Shown piece by piece: positions 13,735 to 25,700 of a DNA stretch of 64,000 nucleotides. How positions within the stretch are numbered: the stretch's first letter is position 1; the number at the start of each line of letters is the position of its first letter. The position numbers and the translations under genes are program-made. The notes beneath the pieces were generated by a model. That model had not been told where the DNA came from. It ran no database searches and saw only the letters and a list, made by a program, of their open reading frames with translations. Location: contig JBDOQK010000057.1 of NCBI GenBank assembly GCA_040437565.1, positions 62,001-126,000 of the forward strand, written 5' to 3'. Source of the DNA: Albugo candida. Its lineage: Eukaryota.

Positions 13735-14510
13735 CTGGCATCAGAACACAAGCATGAAGCCTCTTATAGGCTTGAGCGAACGTCTACGTCTCATCGTTGA
13801 GTTATCAAAGTTACAATCAAATCCGGCTGAATTGATTTCTTCACGTTTGAGAGTGACTGCATGTCCATCCAAATGCTCAAAAATTCTTTCATATCGACGA
13901 AGCGATGGTCCTGATGTAATGCTGAGATTTATAAACAGATCGCTGTCGTCAAGTGGCACGATATCTGGGTTGATTGCTACTTGAAACTGCTAATTCCCTA
14001 CTTCCTGGCCTAGTACTCTTTCCCATAACATGGAAAGAAACTCCTGGTACAATCTTGGTATGAAATTGAAAAAGATCGGTCATGGCTACTATACGACCAC
14101 AGCAAGTCGGACAGGGCTCATCCATAGCACACCCCTACCATCACATTTGTGACAAGTCAATTAGATTTGCTGGACGATTTCTCACCTTACTTGAAATTGA
14201 CTGATTATAAATCTTTGCACATTTGCAAGATGTATATTGATGTACGTCTTCTTCGTGGGTACTTCTGTTCCGCAATAATGGTTTTAAAGTGTCTCACGAC
14301 GATCGGATATTTTTAATGTATTGACAATGTGAATCTCTTTGAGTGAAACGCGGAGAGGAATACCCTGTGTCAGGACCACGCGAACGCTCATCGCTGCTTT
14401 TCGGTCGTCCTCCGCCGATATTGGAAGAAGATATCTGATAGATCTTAAGCCACTTGCTTCTCCTCCCTACGAAGCACTTTTCTCACCTTTTTGTCTCAGC
14501 TTCTCACATA
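13735..14510 (-). pseudogene. Type I DnaJ/Hsp40 co-chaperone remnant (G/F region, zinc fingers, C-terminal domain; J domain not seen)
   Basis: The minus strand gives DIFFQY-GGGRPKSSDERSRGPD-IPLRVSL, QQI*LTCHKCDGRG, PCPTCCGR and DLFINLSIT...RIFEHLDGHAVTLKRE in canonical DnaJ order, with frameshifts and stops. Confidence 0.8.
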
Positions 14511-14847
14511 AGAGCGCTATATTTAACGCAATGTAGCAGCCGATTCTATAAAATTTTGACAGTGAAAAAAACGTTTGAATGCCACAAAGAGTGCCAGGCG
14601 TTTGATGATGTGTATTTGCTTCTGCCGAGTCTCTTATTCACGCAATAGATGCTCCATTTTCAAACGTATCTCATTTGCAGCGATCGGGCGGTAAAATTAT
14701 TGTATGTTGCTATGAGGAAAGAAATACCTCTGGCAATTGAATATATCTGTGGCTTTGATAGAAAAACGTACCGCTTCGATAATGCCGCAATATGTTTCTT
14801 ACAAGCGCTCGGCAATTTCATTCAACGTCATGCTGCTGAAGCAAATA

Positions 14848-15096
14848 TTGATGTTATGAATGTATGCAATGATATGCAACACTGCAGGGGATATAAGTCG
14901 TAGTATTTATGAATGCTCGTAATCAAGAAGTAGTCATCACAAGAACTAGGCTAAGTATGCAAACATAAGTTGAATGGAGTGTTGGGAGGGTTATTACCTA
15001 CCTAAAGCTTGATATTAGATTACAAGACGAAAAAAGTTTTGATGTTATGAATGTATGCAATGATATTCGACTATGCAGGTAATATAAGTTGTAGTA
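14848..15096. repeat. Direct repeat pair, ~58 bp, 191 bp apart
   Basis: TTGATGTTATGAATGTATGCAATGATAT is identical at 14848 and 15039, and similarity extends a further ~30 bp. Confidence 0.85.
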
Positions 15097-15289
15097 CTCA
15101 CCTAAGGAATGACTGGAAAATAACGAGTCGATTCGCACAAACTCAAATACTTGCAGATGACGAGTATATAATTCACCTATTGCGGAGGTCTGACATTCAT
15201 TCAAAGCATTGAATGTCATACCTCAACAACATAATAAAAGAGAGAGATAGAAGGTAGCTAATATCAGTAAGAAATGTTGTGAAAAGGTT

Positions 15290-18080
15290 AGACATGCTAT
15301 CTTTCATCATGAGGTCTGCATTCGACCGTCTTTATGATACTGTCGAAAACGCTGATTTTTTATCCACGAACTTTTGTTGATCCACTACAATACATACTAC
15401 CGCAGCTGCGTAAATATGCTGTAGGAGGTGGTATTTCGCAAATAGTGCCGTTTAGGAGTAGTCCTTTTGAAGATGTGCCCATTACAGCATGCAGCAGAAC
15501 ATAGTGAAGGGAACCTCGTCGCTCAAAATACTTGTATATAGCCGCGTATAATCATACCAAACTCGAAAAACTTGTAGTAATACAATATCTTTCAAGCAAT
15601 GCATTAGTTCCAAAATGTCATGTGATGGTATTCCAAGAGCATTTGGATGTGTCAAATTTTGATGATGTGCATGCCATGATCACCATCTTCTTCACAATCT
15701 ATATCATCGGCATGTACAACCTCACTAATTTGATATATCCATATCTAAAAAAACTTTGCAGAGAGTAAGCAGCGTTCGTGCGTTGAAAACTGCTTGCTAG
15801 ACGAATTTTATCTTAGCGGAGCGTTGGCCATCTCGAGAAATTTTGGATACCAAAAATTAGAAAAAAAACACATACTAATGTGAATACCATACGCCAGCTC
15901 AATCCACTTCCAGACTCATATGCTATATAGCTGCTTGTAGGGCTTCAAGACTTTTCAATGAGAATGAAAATATAGTGGACATCTCAATGGCACGCTTACT
16001 CATGTCTATATTTTCTGTTCCGGATGAGGGACTCAAAAATCACGAATACGATGAAACAAACGCCGAGATCATGCAATATATATAAGCTTTGGCGACAATG
16101 GTAGATAGAGAATTGAAAGTATATATTCTGTCATGCAGCGACTTTATCGGAATATTGTCTACAACTCACTGAAGAGCACGCTGGGACACTAGTGGACGAA
16201 TACACAATCATTGTGTGCGCGATATTGGGAAAACATCAAATGACGAGTATGCAAACGTGAAAGAAATGCAAGACACGCTGTTCAAAGTGAATCAAGAGCA
16301 TTGTTGAGGCATAACTATTCACGTGGATGAAGCAAGTGGAGGCTTTATTGCTCCATTCCTTGATTTCAAGTTGAGGTGGAACTTTTCGTATTCAGATACG
16401 GAAAATGAATAAATGTCAGTGAGCACGAACCTGGGATTTTATACGCAGGTATCGGTGGGCTCTGTGGCGTGAGAAATATATAGGGAGGTGATCAATCCTC
16501 ATTTAACTCATTTTTTTCGAGAGCTGCTGGGAATGTGATCGTGCAATATTACAATATCTTGGGTTTCGGAGTTTTTGGGTTCGTCTCTTATGCGTTCTTG
16601 TATGGATACATCTGCGAATCTACGAAGTGCATTGTTGCTAATGGTCACTTTCGCATCCTTCACAAGCAGCACTTGCCACTAGTTGCATTCGTTCTGGTTA
16701 CATTGTGAGCTAAAGAGATGCTTGATATTCGAGACAATATACATATGATGAAGCCGTGGCTGGATTGTGCTCGCGTATAAGTGTTAGAAAGGCGCAAAAG
16801 GATTGATACTTTTGTGTGTTTGTGGTCAGGCAAAATCTCGCATTCCATATGGCAAACATGCTTGTGGCATACATCCTCCATGCACTCGAAAGACTGGAAA
16901 ACTAACATGTTCTTGTTTCTACAGATATGGAATCATCTGTTGGCTCTTCGACCCAATTTCGAGATTTAGCATATTCGAACCGAACCAATTTGGCTGATCA
17001 GATTTTTAAAGCTCGTACCGGTGGCATTTCGTGAATTGAATAAATACTTTGATGTACTAATGTGATCGAAATCCAAGTTGTCGTGAGTAACCGTGAACGG
17101 CTAAATAAAGACCTGTAACAAATTTCCAGTATCAAAGCGTTCGAAATTGATTACTTGTGTGCTATATCCTCGCAATAATATTCGATCGAAGATCCGAACG
17201 ATTTCACTTGGAGTACCGATCGTTTTAGTGAAGAAACCAGAATTTCCTTCTGGGATACCAGCCATAGCAGAGTCTTGTACTGTAGCATACTAAGTCAAAA
17301 CGGGTCACCTTCTATATGGCGTGGAAACACGAGTTAGCGGTGGTTGCCGATGAAAACTGACTTGTCACATTTTGACGTACCGAGTGAACTTATTTCAGAG
17401 TGATGGAAGATGTGCGTCTCGTAGAAAACATCAATCCAAGGATGAAAATTGCGCATTTTTCGAAAGTTCAACGGATCAACTTACTAGATTATGGGAACTT
17501 TTGTAGTGTGTTTTATAGGAACTGAGATAGAATACGGAAGAAGCTAAGGTTCAACAATCTATAAACCTCGACACCTTTGATAAAACTAAAAGGGTCAATT
17601 TGTTTAGGAAACGATGACAAGTCGCAATTGAATAGGAAATTACGCTCAGCACAGCCAAATGAATCACATCTGGAGGATTCTCAAGACAATGACGATGCGA
17701 AGGACAGCAATTGCGGTAATGGATATATTCAAAACGTAATAAGAGGTCACATGAATGCCGTCAACTCGGAAGGATACACCTAAATCGGCGAAGTAAGAAC
17801 ACGAGCGACAATGTGAATGCACCGGGAGCCTAACGGATCTGGATTCCGAGAGCGTGGATTCCAAAGAAAGAATTCGGTCTGATGACGCTCAGCTGTCATG
17901 ATATAATTGAGGAGAGCAAACAAACCATACAAGCATTAGACATTGAAGGATATTCGATCGCCCAAAAATGTCGGAGTACTCGATGAAAGCTATCTGATTG
18001 AGTTTTACGTGAACGATGCCGAAGAAGACTGATGAAGGGGGTGAAGAATAGAGCGAGAGAGATAGTGACAATATTCATTT
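15290..18080 (+). pseudogene. Decayed CxxC-motif gene, paralog A (acidic low-complexity tail)
   Basis: Motifs YRSCVN (~15400) and ESCWEC (~16520). Segment 16090-17540 is colinear with 24090-25520 (shared GCACGCTGGG.CACTAGTGGACGA, TGGAGGCTTTATT.CTCCAT, ATGAATAAATGTC, CATATGGCAAACATG). Confidence 0.45.
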
Positions 18081-18204
18081 GTCGTACCACCTCTACGTCT
18101 ATTGTGCATAACGAGAAAAAGCATGTTTATGACAGAACACTATCTTAATTTATACATCAATTTCATATCTTATATTTTCCTTCCTTGGTTAATGATGTAA
18201 CAAT

Positions 18205-18252
18205 CTGTACTTCAATTTGTTTTATATCACCTGCCTTCTTACATACGAAACA
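18205..18252 (-). mobile_element. Eroded CCHC zinc knuckle, possible retrotransposon gag remnant
   Basis: The minus strand reads CFVCKKAGDIKQ. One substitution (GAT/CAT) restores the His. The last Cys is not intact. Confidence 0.3.
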
Positions 18253-18896
18253 TTATTTTCCTTCTTTGTTGGATATAATTCCAAATATTTATTTCACCTG
18301 TCCGTTTTCTGATATGATAGGTAGGTTGATATTTATACTAATCATTATACGCTTCTCTAGATTGCTTTATGAATCAGTTGGTTAATGCTCAATCAGTTAA
18401 CTACTAGAGCTTATATTCCCCTAATCCTGCATATAACTGCTTAAGCTCATAACGTTTACATCATCATTATCTATTTAAATACCATATCTTGCTTGCTTTG
18501 TACGATTACCTCCGGAATAGATGTTTCATCAATGTTGTATAAGCTGCGATATCACTAACACTACACCGTTGTTCTGTAAAACTCACTTGAGTACCATATT
18601 ATTGTCGCTAATATTGTCTCGACCCAGATTGGTACCATTTTTGTATGAAGTTTTGGCAGTGGAGTTTGTATACCAATCTGTAAAATTCAACAACAACTTG
18701 GTCGATCAAGACAACTGGCGATGTATCGACCCATTTACTCTCGTCATTACTAATCATGAGAAATGGAGAAAATGGATTCGACAGGGCTCAGCGAACGTCT
18801 TTATGGCAGGCATAAACAAATACAGCGATCCAGTGAATATGTGGCAATCAAATGAGCTTCCAAAGGTTTAATGAACCATCATTGTGATTACTTTCT

Positions 18897-19075
18897 TGCA
18901 GCCAACCAGCGTTCGTCGCTTTATTTGCAGCCAATAAAAACCTTAATCGACTTTTTTGACCAATGAAGAGGCCTCAGTAGCCAACAAAAGCCAATCAGCG
19001 TCCAGCTCGTCCTTTGCAGCCAATCAACAGCTTTAATAGACTTTTTAGGCCAATGAAGAGGCCCGTGGAGCCGTT
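18897..19075 (+). promoter_or_regulatory. Array of six CCAAT/CCAAC boxes phased at 29-31 bp, built from a duplicated ~90-bp unit
   Basis: CCAAC at 18902; CCAAT at 18931, 18960, 18991, 19020 and 19050. Contexts TTTGCAGCCAAT and CCAATGAAGAGGCC each occur twice. Confidence 0.6.
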
Positions 19076-19869
19076 AAGCCGCTTTTGCAACGATCTGTAT
19101 GAATTCACCATCACCTTTACGAGTCATTTGCAAGCTTGGACTGTGGCAAATTTAAGTTTGGAGTACCCGTCCTACACAAGTCTCAGTATGCACGTAACCC
19201 CATTACCAATCTCGAAGAGCCTCACCTAGTGTGTATCTTATTGCGTTTGTCCCGTGTATGGCTGGCGAACATCGTGTGAATAAAATGGAATTGAAAATAG
19301 ACTCAGAAGCTTCGTACCAACCAGTGAGAGGATCTCCGTTCAAGTTACTACGGATACTTATACCAATCAAGCGATCAGTGTGGAAAAAGAGGCAAAACGT
19401 TTTGCTGTCAAGGATATCTGAGCCGAATCATCTATTTATCCTATTCTAAATGGTTAACAAAAAGGCCACAAAGTGTCCGATCGAAACTCTTAAGACGAAA
19501 AGCCACCGTTATGCTCGATGGTCCTGTCAACTTTAGTGAAGAATACGGGCTGCCGAATTAACGAAAACGTTCTGTTTGCTTCGCTACAGAATAAGACCCT
19601 CATTTTCAAAGACATAATTAGCAAGCCAGCGCACAGGCTTTTCATAGCTTCTACTAGAGGATATTTACCGAGCCAGTTCATGAATGGCTACTCAAGCCAA
19701 AATGTATGTTGCTTCCGCGCATCAGGGAGACCATTTCATGTGTCCATCTACTTTTCGCTGTAGTATTTCGCCATCAGCTCATTTTGCGAGTGTTTTTATT
19801 CGCCATGCGTATATATGTGTTTGTAGTGTTGTATATCCTAATTACATTAGTGACACACTATAAAAGTTT

Positions 19870-21400
19870 TGATACCATTTTTCTCCAATCAAGTAATCAC
19901 AAAATCACACATGTTTCATATGCAGTCACATAGTAACATGCATGAATTGAATCAGACAACCAAAGAGAACTGCAATCCTCTCCGTAAGCACACCGCCAAG
20001 ATCGACAAAGTGATTCTGGTATCGGGCAGTAAACGAGATCGCTCTTCATACGAGCAATTAGAAGCAAACGCCTCTCTTCCAATCACATCCAAGCAGATGA
20101 AACTAGAAACCCTCCAAATCAGTAACGAACTCTTACGCAATGAGAACGCTCAGCTCACAAGGTCAACAAGGCACCTTGAAAGGGTATAAATACAATCACA
20201 CTCCCAAATCCAATCTCAACAAAAGTGCTTTTGTCATCTCGAACAATATGTCACACGAATGTACTGTTATCGGAAAAAGAACTCATCCGGACTCAGAATC
20301 AGTACACCGATCAGTTCCAACCGCTTCAACTTCAAGTCGAGAAATTCTCCATTTCCACGGAAACAACTTCTTTCCAGCAACTCGCATCGAAGAGCGTGGT
20401 ATTGCAGCAAGCGCTTATCGCCTGCACCCAAACAAGAATCGAAAAACAGTACAAAGGCGAAACACACTCTTTGGTGGAGAATCTGACCCTTGCAGTGGAG
20501 CGGAATTGCGTCGTGGAACATCAGCATCGTCTCCAAGAAGAAGGCGATGGAATCCATCATAATCTCTGGGAGACGCAAAAGAACTGCGAAGATTTCTTGA
20601 TGCAGCAAGCAATTAACTGGCAAGAGGTGTCGTATCTCCATGAAACCGAAAAGATAGCTTTGAACGAGCAAATCCGTACGCTAAATAGCCAAATCCATGC
20701 AATGGAAATGGAACGTTTTCAAGCGATAAGCAAGTTGGAATACAAATTAAAAGCCACAAATGAAACGATGCTCTTCAACCATACGCAATAGACACAATCG
20801 AATAAACGAGTAAAGGCATTGACGCAATCTCTCAATTAAATGAATGCAACGAACCCCAAGATGGATCTCGCACAAAGCCATAACGCGTTACTGGAGAAGG
20901 AAGAACAGCTAAAACCGCGTCGGCGGCAGTCGGTAACCTACATCTCGAAAATGAATCGTTGAAAAGAAATCTGGAAGATACCATAACACAAAAGGTATCC
21001 CATCACACGCAATTGACGTTACTCTCCAAGCAACAAGTCGAAATCGCGCGTAGGGAAGCTGCTTATCTAGTTTCCAAGCAATGAGATCGCAAGTCTTATC
21101 ACCGAAAAGTCGTATTGGAAAAGTTAATCGGTCAATATGCCCACATGGCCGAGTCGAAAATCGTATGGAGTGGTCAAAAAAAGCATTGTGCTTTGTATCT
21201 CTGATGAAACATTTCAACTCGCATCATTTCCAAACTTTAATGAGTCCATCACGAGCACTGGATACGAACATGGGACCGTTGAGATTAATCAAAGTAAGAT
21301 CCAAAATGCGATCTGTATCTGCGGTAGTTCGAGGAATGAGACCACGTCGTTCCATAGCGACAGCATTTACGATTTCATTGGGTTGTGGACATGAAAAGTA
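19870..21400 (+). pseudogene. Decayed long coiled-coil protein gene
   Basis: Heptad-like Q/E/L/K-rich fragments (19869-20189, 20225-20791) continue past in-frame stops to ~21400. Confidence 0.55.
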
Positions 21401-21499
21401 GGAAGAGTCTTGACGGATTGTAATCAATGGCGGATTTGATTTTCTCCAAGCCATTTGCGCCTTTGTGACAGATTTAATTGTATTTCATTCGTGCAAGTG

Positions 21500-22079
21500 C
21501 CCCATACCATAGAATGAGTCGGAGATTTCACAAAAAAGTTAAGCTGTTTGTATCATGTTGGAAGAGAAGATTAAAAATAGTTCCAATACCATCTGTGAAT
21601 TTTTGGAGGGACAGGGCTACTCGACAGTTTTAAAGAGTTTGTTAAACTCTGAGTAAACAAGTATTGAGCCAACCCCACACCATAAAATGAGTCAGAGATT
21701 TCAGAAAGGAGGGTAGGCTCGTTGTATAGGGTTGGAAGAGTAGGTTGAAATAGTTGCAATACCATTTGTGGTTTTCTGGAGGGACAGGGCTCCTCGACAG
21801 TTTTAAAGAGTTTGTGAATCTCTGAGGAAATAAGCATTGAGCGTACCCGATCGCATACAATGAGTCAGAAAGTTCAGAAAGAAGGTTAAGCTCGTTGGAT
21901 AGGGTTTGAGGAGTAGAGTAAAACAGTTTTGACACAATCTGTGACTTTTTGGAGGGACAGGGCTCCTCGACAGTTTTAAAGAGTTTGTTAAACTCTGAGT
22001 AAACAAGTATTGAGCCTACCCCACACCATAAAATGAGTCAGAGATTTCAGAAAGGAGGGTAGGCTCGCTGTATAGGGTT
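21500..22079. repeat. 173-bp satellite with alternating A/B monomers, truncated by a gap
   Basis: GGAGGGACAGGGCT occurs at 21605, 21778 and 21951 (exact 173-bp period). The copies at 21605 and 21951 differ at 3 of 129 nt, while the 21778 copy is much more diverged. Confidence 0.95.
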
Positions 22080-22179
22080 NNNNNNNNNNNNNNNNNNNNN
22101 NNNNNNNNNNNNNNNNNNNNNNNNNNNNNNNNNNNNNNNNNNNNNNNNNNNNNNNNNNNNNNNNNNNNNNNNNNNNNNN
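22080..22179. other. Assembly gap (100 N)
   Basis: Run of exactly 100 N. Confidence 1.
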
Positions 22180-22386
22180 TTCTAGATGATGAATCACTCC
22201 GAATTGTGAATATATTGCGACATATTTTCACATATAAGTATCACATAAACCCCAAAATGATACTATTAGCTGTGTGAGACTTTGCAATTCACACAGCTAA
22301 TAGTATCATTTTGGGGTTTATGTGATACTTATATGTGAAAATATGTCGCAATATATTCACAATTCGGAGTGATTCATCATCTAGAA
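22180..22386. repeat. Perfect inverted repeat, 98-bp arms, 11-nt spacer
   Basis: 22180-22277 is the exact reverse complement of 22289-22386. The spacer is GACTTTGCAAT. Confidence 0.95.
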
Positions 22387-22806
22387 TATCCTTTCGATGA
22401 CGCCGCCCGCATCAACTAGGACGATTATGTCGTGGAGTTCGAAAAAATGAGAAGAGTTTTGTTATTTGGAAAGGTCCCTAGTTCGCTATCCTCCTTCTAA
22501 GCCATTATCCTAGCACGATTGCTCCCGCAACCAGTCATAAAACGTTGTAGGATCACGTGTACTTGAGCAAGGTATAGAACATGCAATTCGAATAATAAGG
22601 GTGTCCGTCTATCCGTTAGGAACATGTTTCTTAAATGTTCATTTTGATAGAATCTATCGATTACGTGGGTGACGCGAATAGTTTGGCTTGCTTCCTGTAA
22701 TCTGTTGATATTTTTTTCGACAGGGCCCCACCGGTGCCGAGCATGAGCCTATTTATAATTACATTCCTAATTGACATATTTTCTATTTCCGCAATAATAG
22801 AGCAAA

Positions 22807-25700
22807 ATGTATGCGCCTGTGTTATGTATTTATGTCGATAACTTGCTCGTCTTAATCGTTTTGAGTATCATTTACGTTACAGATACTAAACGTTGCCCGA
22901 ATCAGAGCTTCCCTACGACACAAAGAACTCCGTTTTCTTATGGTGTGCGTTTTGGTCAAGCTTCTAAACAGATTGAGAAGCATATCATTCTCTTTCTGAC
23001 GCTTTTGTTATTAGTCAAACAAACGGAAATTTATCACGAAATACGTCTGTCGTCCCGTCATACTAATCGGTACATTAGATTCAGCTTGGGGTCACAAGTG
23101 CATCTTCTTTTAGGGAAAGTCGTACAGTTCAAAATGCCATTAACAAGATGCAGTGAAAAGTTGATTGAAAAGTGACTGATTCACATGTTCGCAATCCAAA
23201 GTTCGATTCGGTCCCACCATCAATTCATACGGTACTATTTCCTCCTTCTCAGAGCATATAGCATTTTCAACATCGGTAATGCGAGACAAAAGATACAGTA
23301 CGTCTCTCACGATATATCGAGAAGGACCGATGTTATGTCCCTCATCACGTTATCAAAGCGAAGCGGCTAAAGTGACTACCAAATGGCGTGATATAAACGT
23401 TTAAGCTACTCCGTTTGAAATGCAGTTTTCTTCCAACAAATCCCGCAGAGATTTTCCATACAAGAACATGATCATCTCCCTTTCATCTAATTGATTCACA
23501 TCTTCATTGTATGGCCATCGCTTAATCCAGAAGAGCTTTCTATTACAGAATTTTCTTAGAACACGGTTCCCTCCTAAGTTGCTCATCCGAAACTCTAAGA
23601 CGAATCTACAGTAGATTAGAAAGAAAGAAAAATGTACAGCAGTTTTTCTCACTACTTTTCTTCCCGGTTCGCGACATTCCTGAATCGTGTTGACGTATAT
23701 GGAGCAAGAAGCCGAAGCTCTGGTGGTGAAAGGGCTGCGTCAGAGCTTTATTGATTCGGATGAATAACCACATATAGCTGAGCTCCATATTAGATGCATG
23801 GAGATTCTTGCAAATCTCTATGGTACATTACTTGATAAGATAGCTAGAGGTGCAGGACAGGATGTGTCTGGTTTTTGAAGCTATCAGGTTGGCCGAATTG
23901 ACGTTGAAACGTGAATGGAAAACCCGTCCCATAGCTGCAGGATTGCAATATGAAAAGGCAGGTATGGTGGTGCGATCGAATGTCTCGGTATGATGGGGAA
24001 TGGCTTGCTTTGTGATCTCGGCTGATTCGTATATATTTTCTTTCTTGGCACAAAATGTGCAAGTATTTCGAAATGAGGCTCGTGAAGGTGTGTTTTGATG
24101 ACACCGACAGATAGAGAATAAATTATCAAACGTATTTTGATCATGCAGCGGATGCACCGTTGAATTGTCTTTTAGTCGCTGCAAAGCACGCTGGGGCACT
24201 AGTGGACGATCACACAATCGGTGCATCACGAAAAAAGGATGTCCATCTGAAGCAAGAGCGAAACGTGAAATTTATTCACGACTACCTGGTCATGGTGAAT
24301 CAGAAGGATGGTTGAAGAGTACCAATATGCATGGGTGCAAAATATGGAGGCTTTATTACTCCATACTTGATCCTGAGCTTAAGTTGGACTTTTCGGTTTC
24401 CAAAAAGCGCATGAATAAATGTCGGTAAACATGAATTTGGGACTTTATACCGTGTGGCGTGAGCCAGAAGGGTTCCTGCGGACTTCGTCGTTCACGATGA
24501 TAGTTTGGGCACTCCATTGACCACAAATATTCTCCATCTGTGCTTGAAATGTGATCCCACGATATAAAAATATCATGCGTTTCGGATATTATGGCAATCG
24601 CATTATGCGGTCTCCATTGGATACTGCTACTAAGTGAGCTTATTGCTAGCGGTCACTTTTGCATCCTTGCCAAGCGGTGCATCCCAAAGTTGAGCCGTAA
24701 CAGGATTGTGCCCGCGTAAAAGACGCGCACAAGTATCGACATTATGCGTTCTGTGGTGAAACACTTTGCAATCATATGGCAAACATGATGATGGCAGAAA
24801 TCCTGGACGCAATCTAGCAACTTGATGATCTTTTTTCTGCAGCTATGAAGTCATCCAAGGGCGCTTCGAACCGATTTCTAAATTGAATTCTTTGATGGAG
24901 TAATGTGATCAATGAACACTCAGATCAGAGTTACCATGAATTCTGTGAAGAGTATACTGAAGGGCTGTTATTTATTCCAATAAACAAAAAATTGGATTCC
25001 TTGTATGCTCTTCTCTTGCATTGCTCACTTGGCGATCCTAGCGAACTAGCTCGGATTACTAGGGTATAGCTAATATGAAGAGTCGATCAAATGTGGGGAT
25101 TCAGCATCCTAATGATACGAGGTCAAACACCATTATGGGATAGCAACCATTTTCATGTAGAGACCAGAACGTTTGTTTGAATATCAGCGTGGCGGATCCT
25201 TCTATTGCGGTATACTCAATTCAAACGGGGAAATGTATTTCGAAGGATTCACTTATCGAGAAGAAAATGTGCCGATCGGCTCACGATCATCTTGCATATG
25301 TCCTGGAAACACAAGTGAGCTGTGGTACTAAGATGAAACCTACTCAGCACAAGTTTTGACGCATTTCACAGAGACGGAAGTTGTGTGTTTCGTTAGCAAG
25401 ACTTCTCCATTGATAAAAAATTGCTTATCTTTAGAAAGCTCACCCTAAATAACTCATGAGATTATGAGAGCTTCTGTGACTGTTTAATCGCAAATGGGAC
25501 ACATTATCGAATATGGAAAATTCAGAAATCTATGATAATCAGAGGCATCACAGGACGTGGAACAATAGAGTAACAACAAATGTATGGGATTTTTGGTGAT
25601 ATAAAACGGAATCTCTACCTTATCTTCTGGAAGACATAATGTATAACGTCACTTGTCGATACGCGTATATTATCAATTCTACAATTCACCCTTCCTGGTA
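22807..25700 (+). pseudogene. Decayed CxxC-motif gene, paralog B, possibly secreted
   Basis: Hydrophobic N-terminus at 22807 (MYAPVLCIYVDNLLVLIVLSIIY). Motifs LCLKC (~24540), YESFCDCLIANG (~25465) and CMGFLVI*NG (~25581). Colinear with 16090-17540. Whether the 22807 start belongs to the same gene is unproven. Confidence 0.45.

Noticed and set aside
20225-20791. Longest ORF (188 aa) as an intact gene
   Set aside because: It has a non-ATG start, and coiled-coil coding continues on both sides across stops, so it is a pseudogene fragment.
21571-22231. Minus-strand ORFs in the 173-bp array as a repeat protein
   Set aside because: 173 is not a multiple of 3, so the frame shifts with every unit. 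The ORFs are by-products of the satellite.
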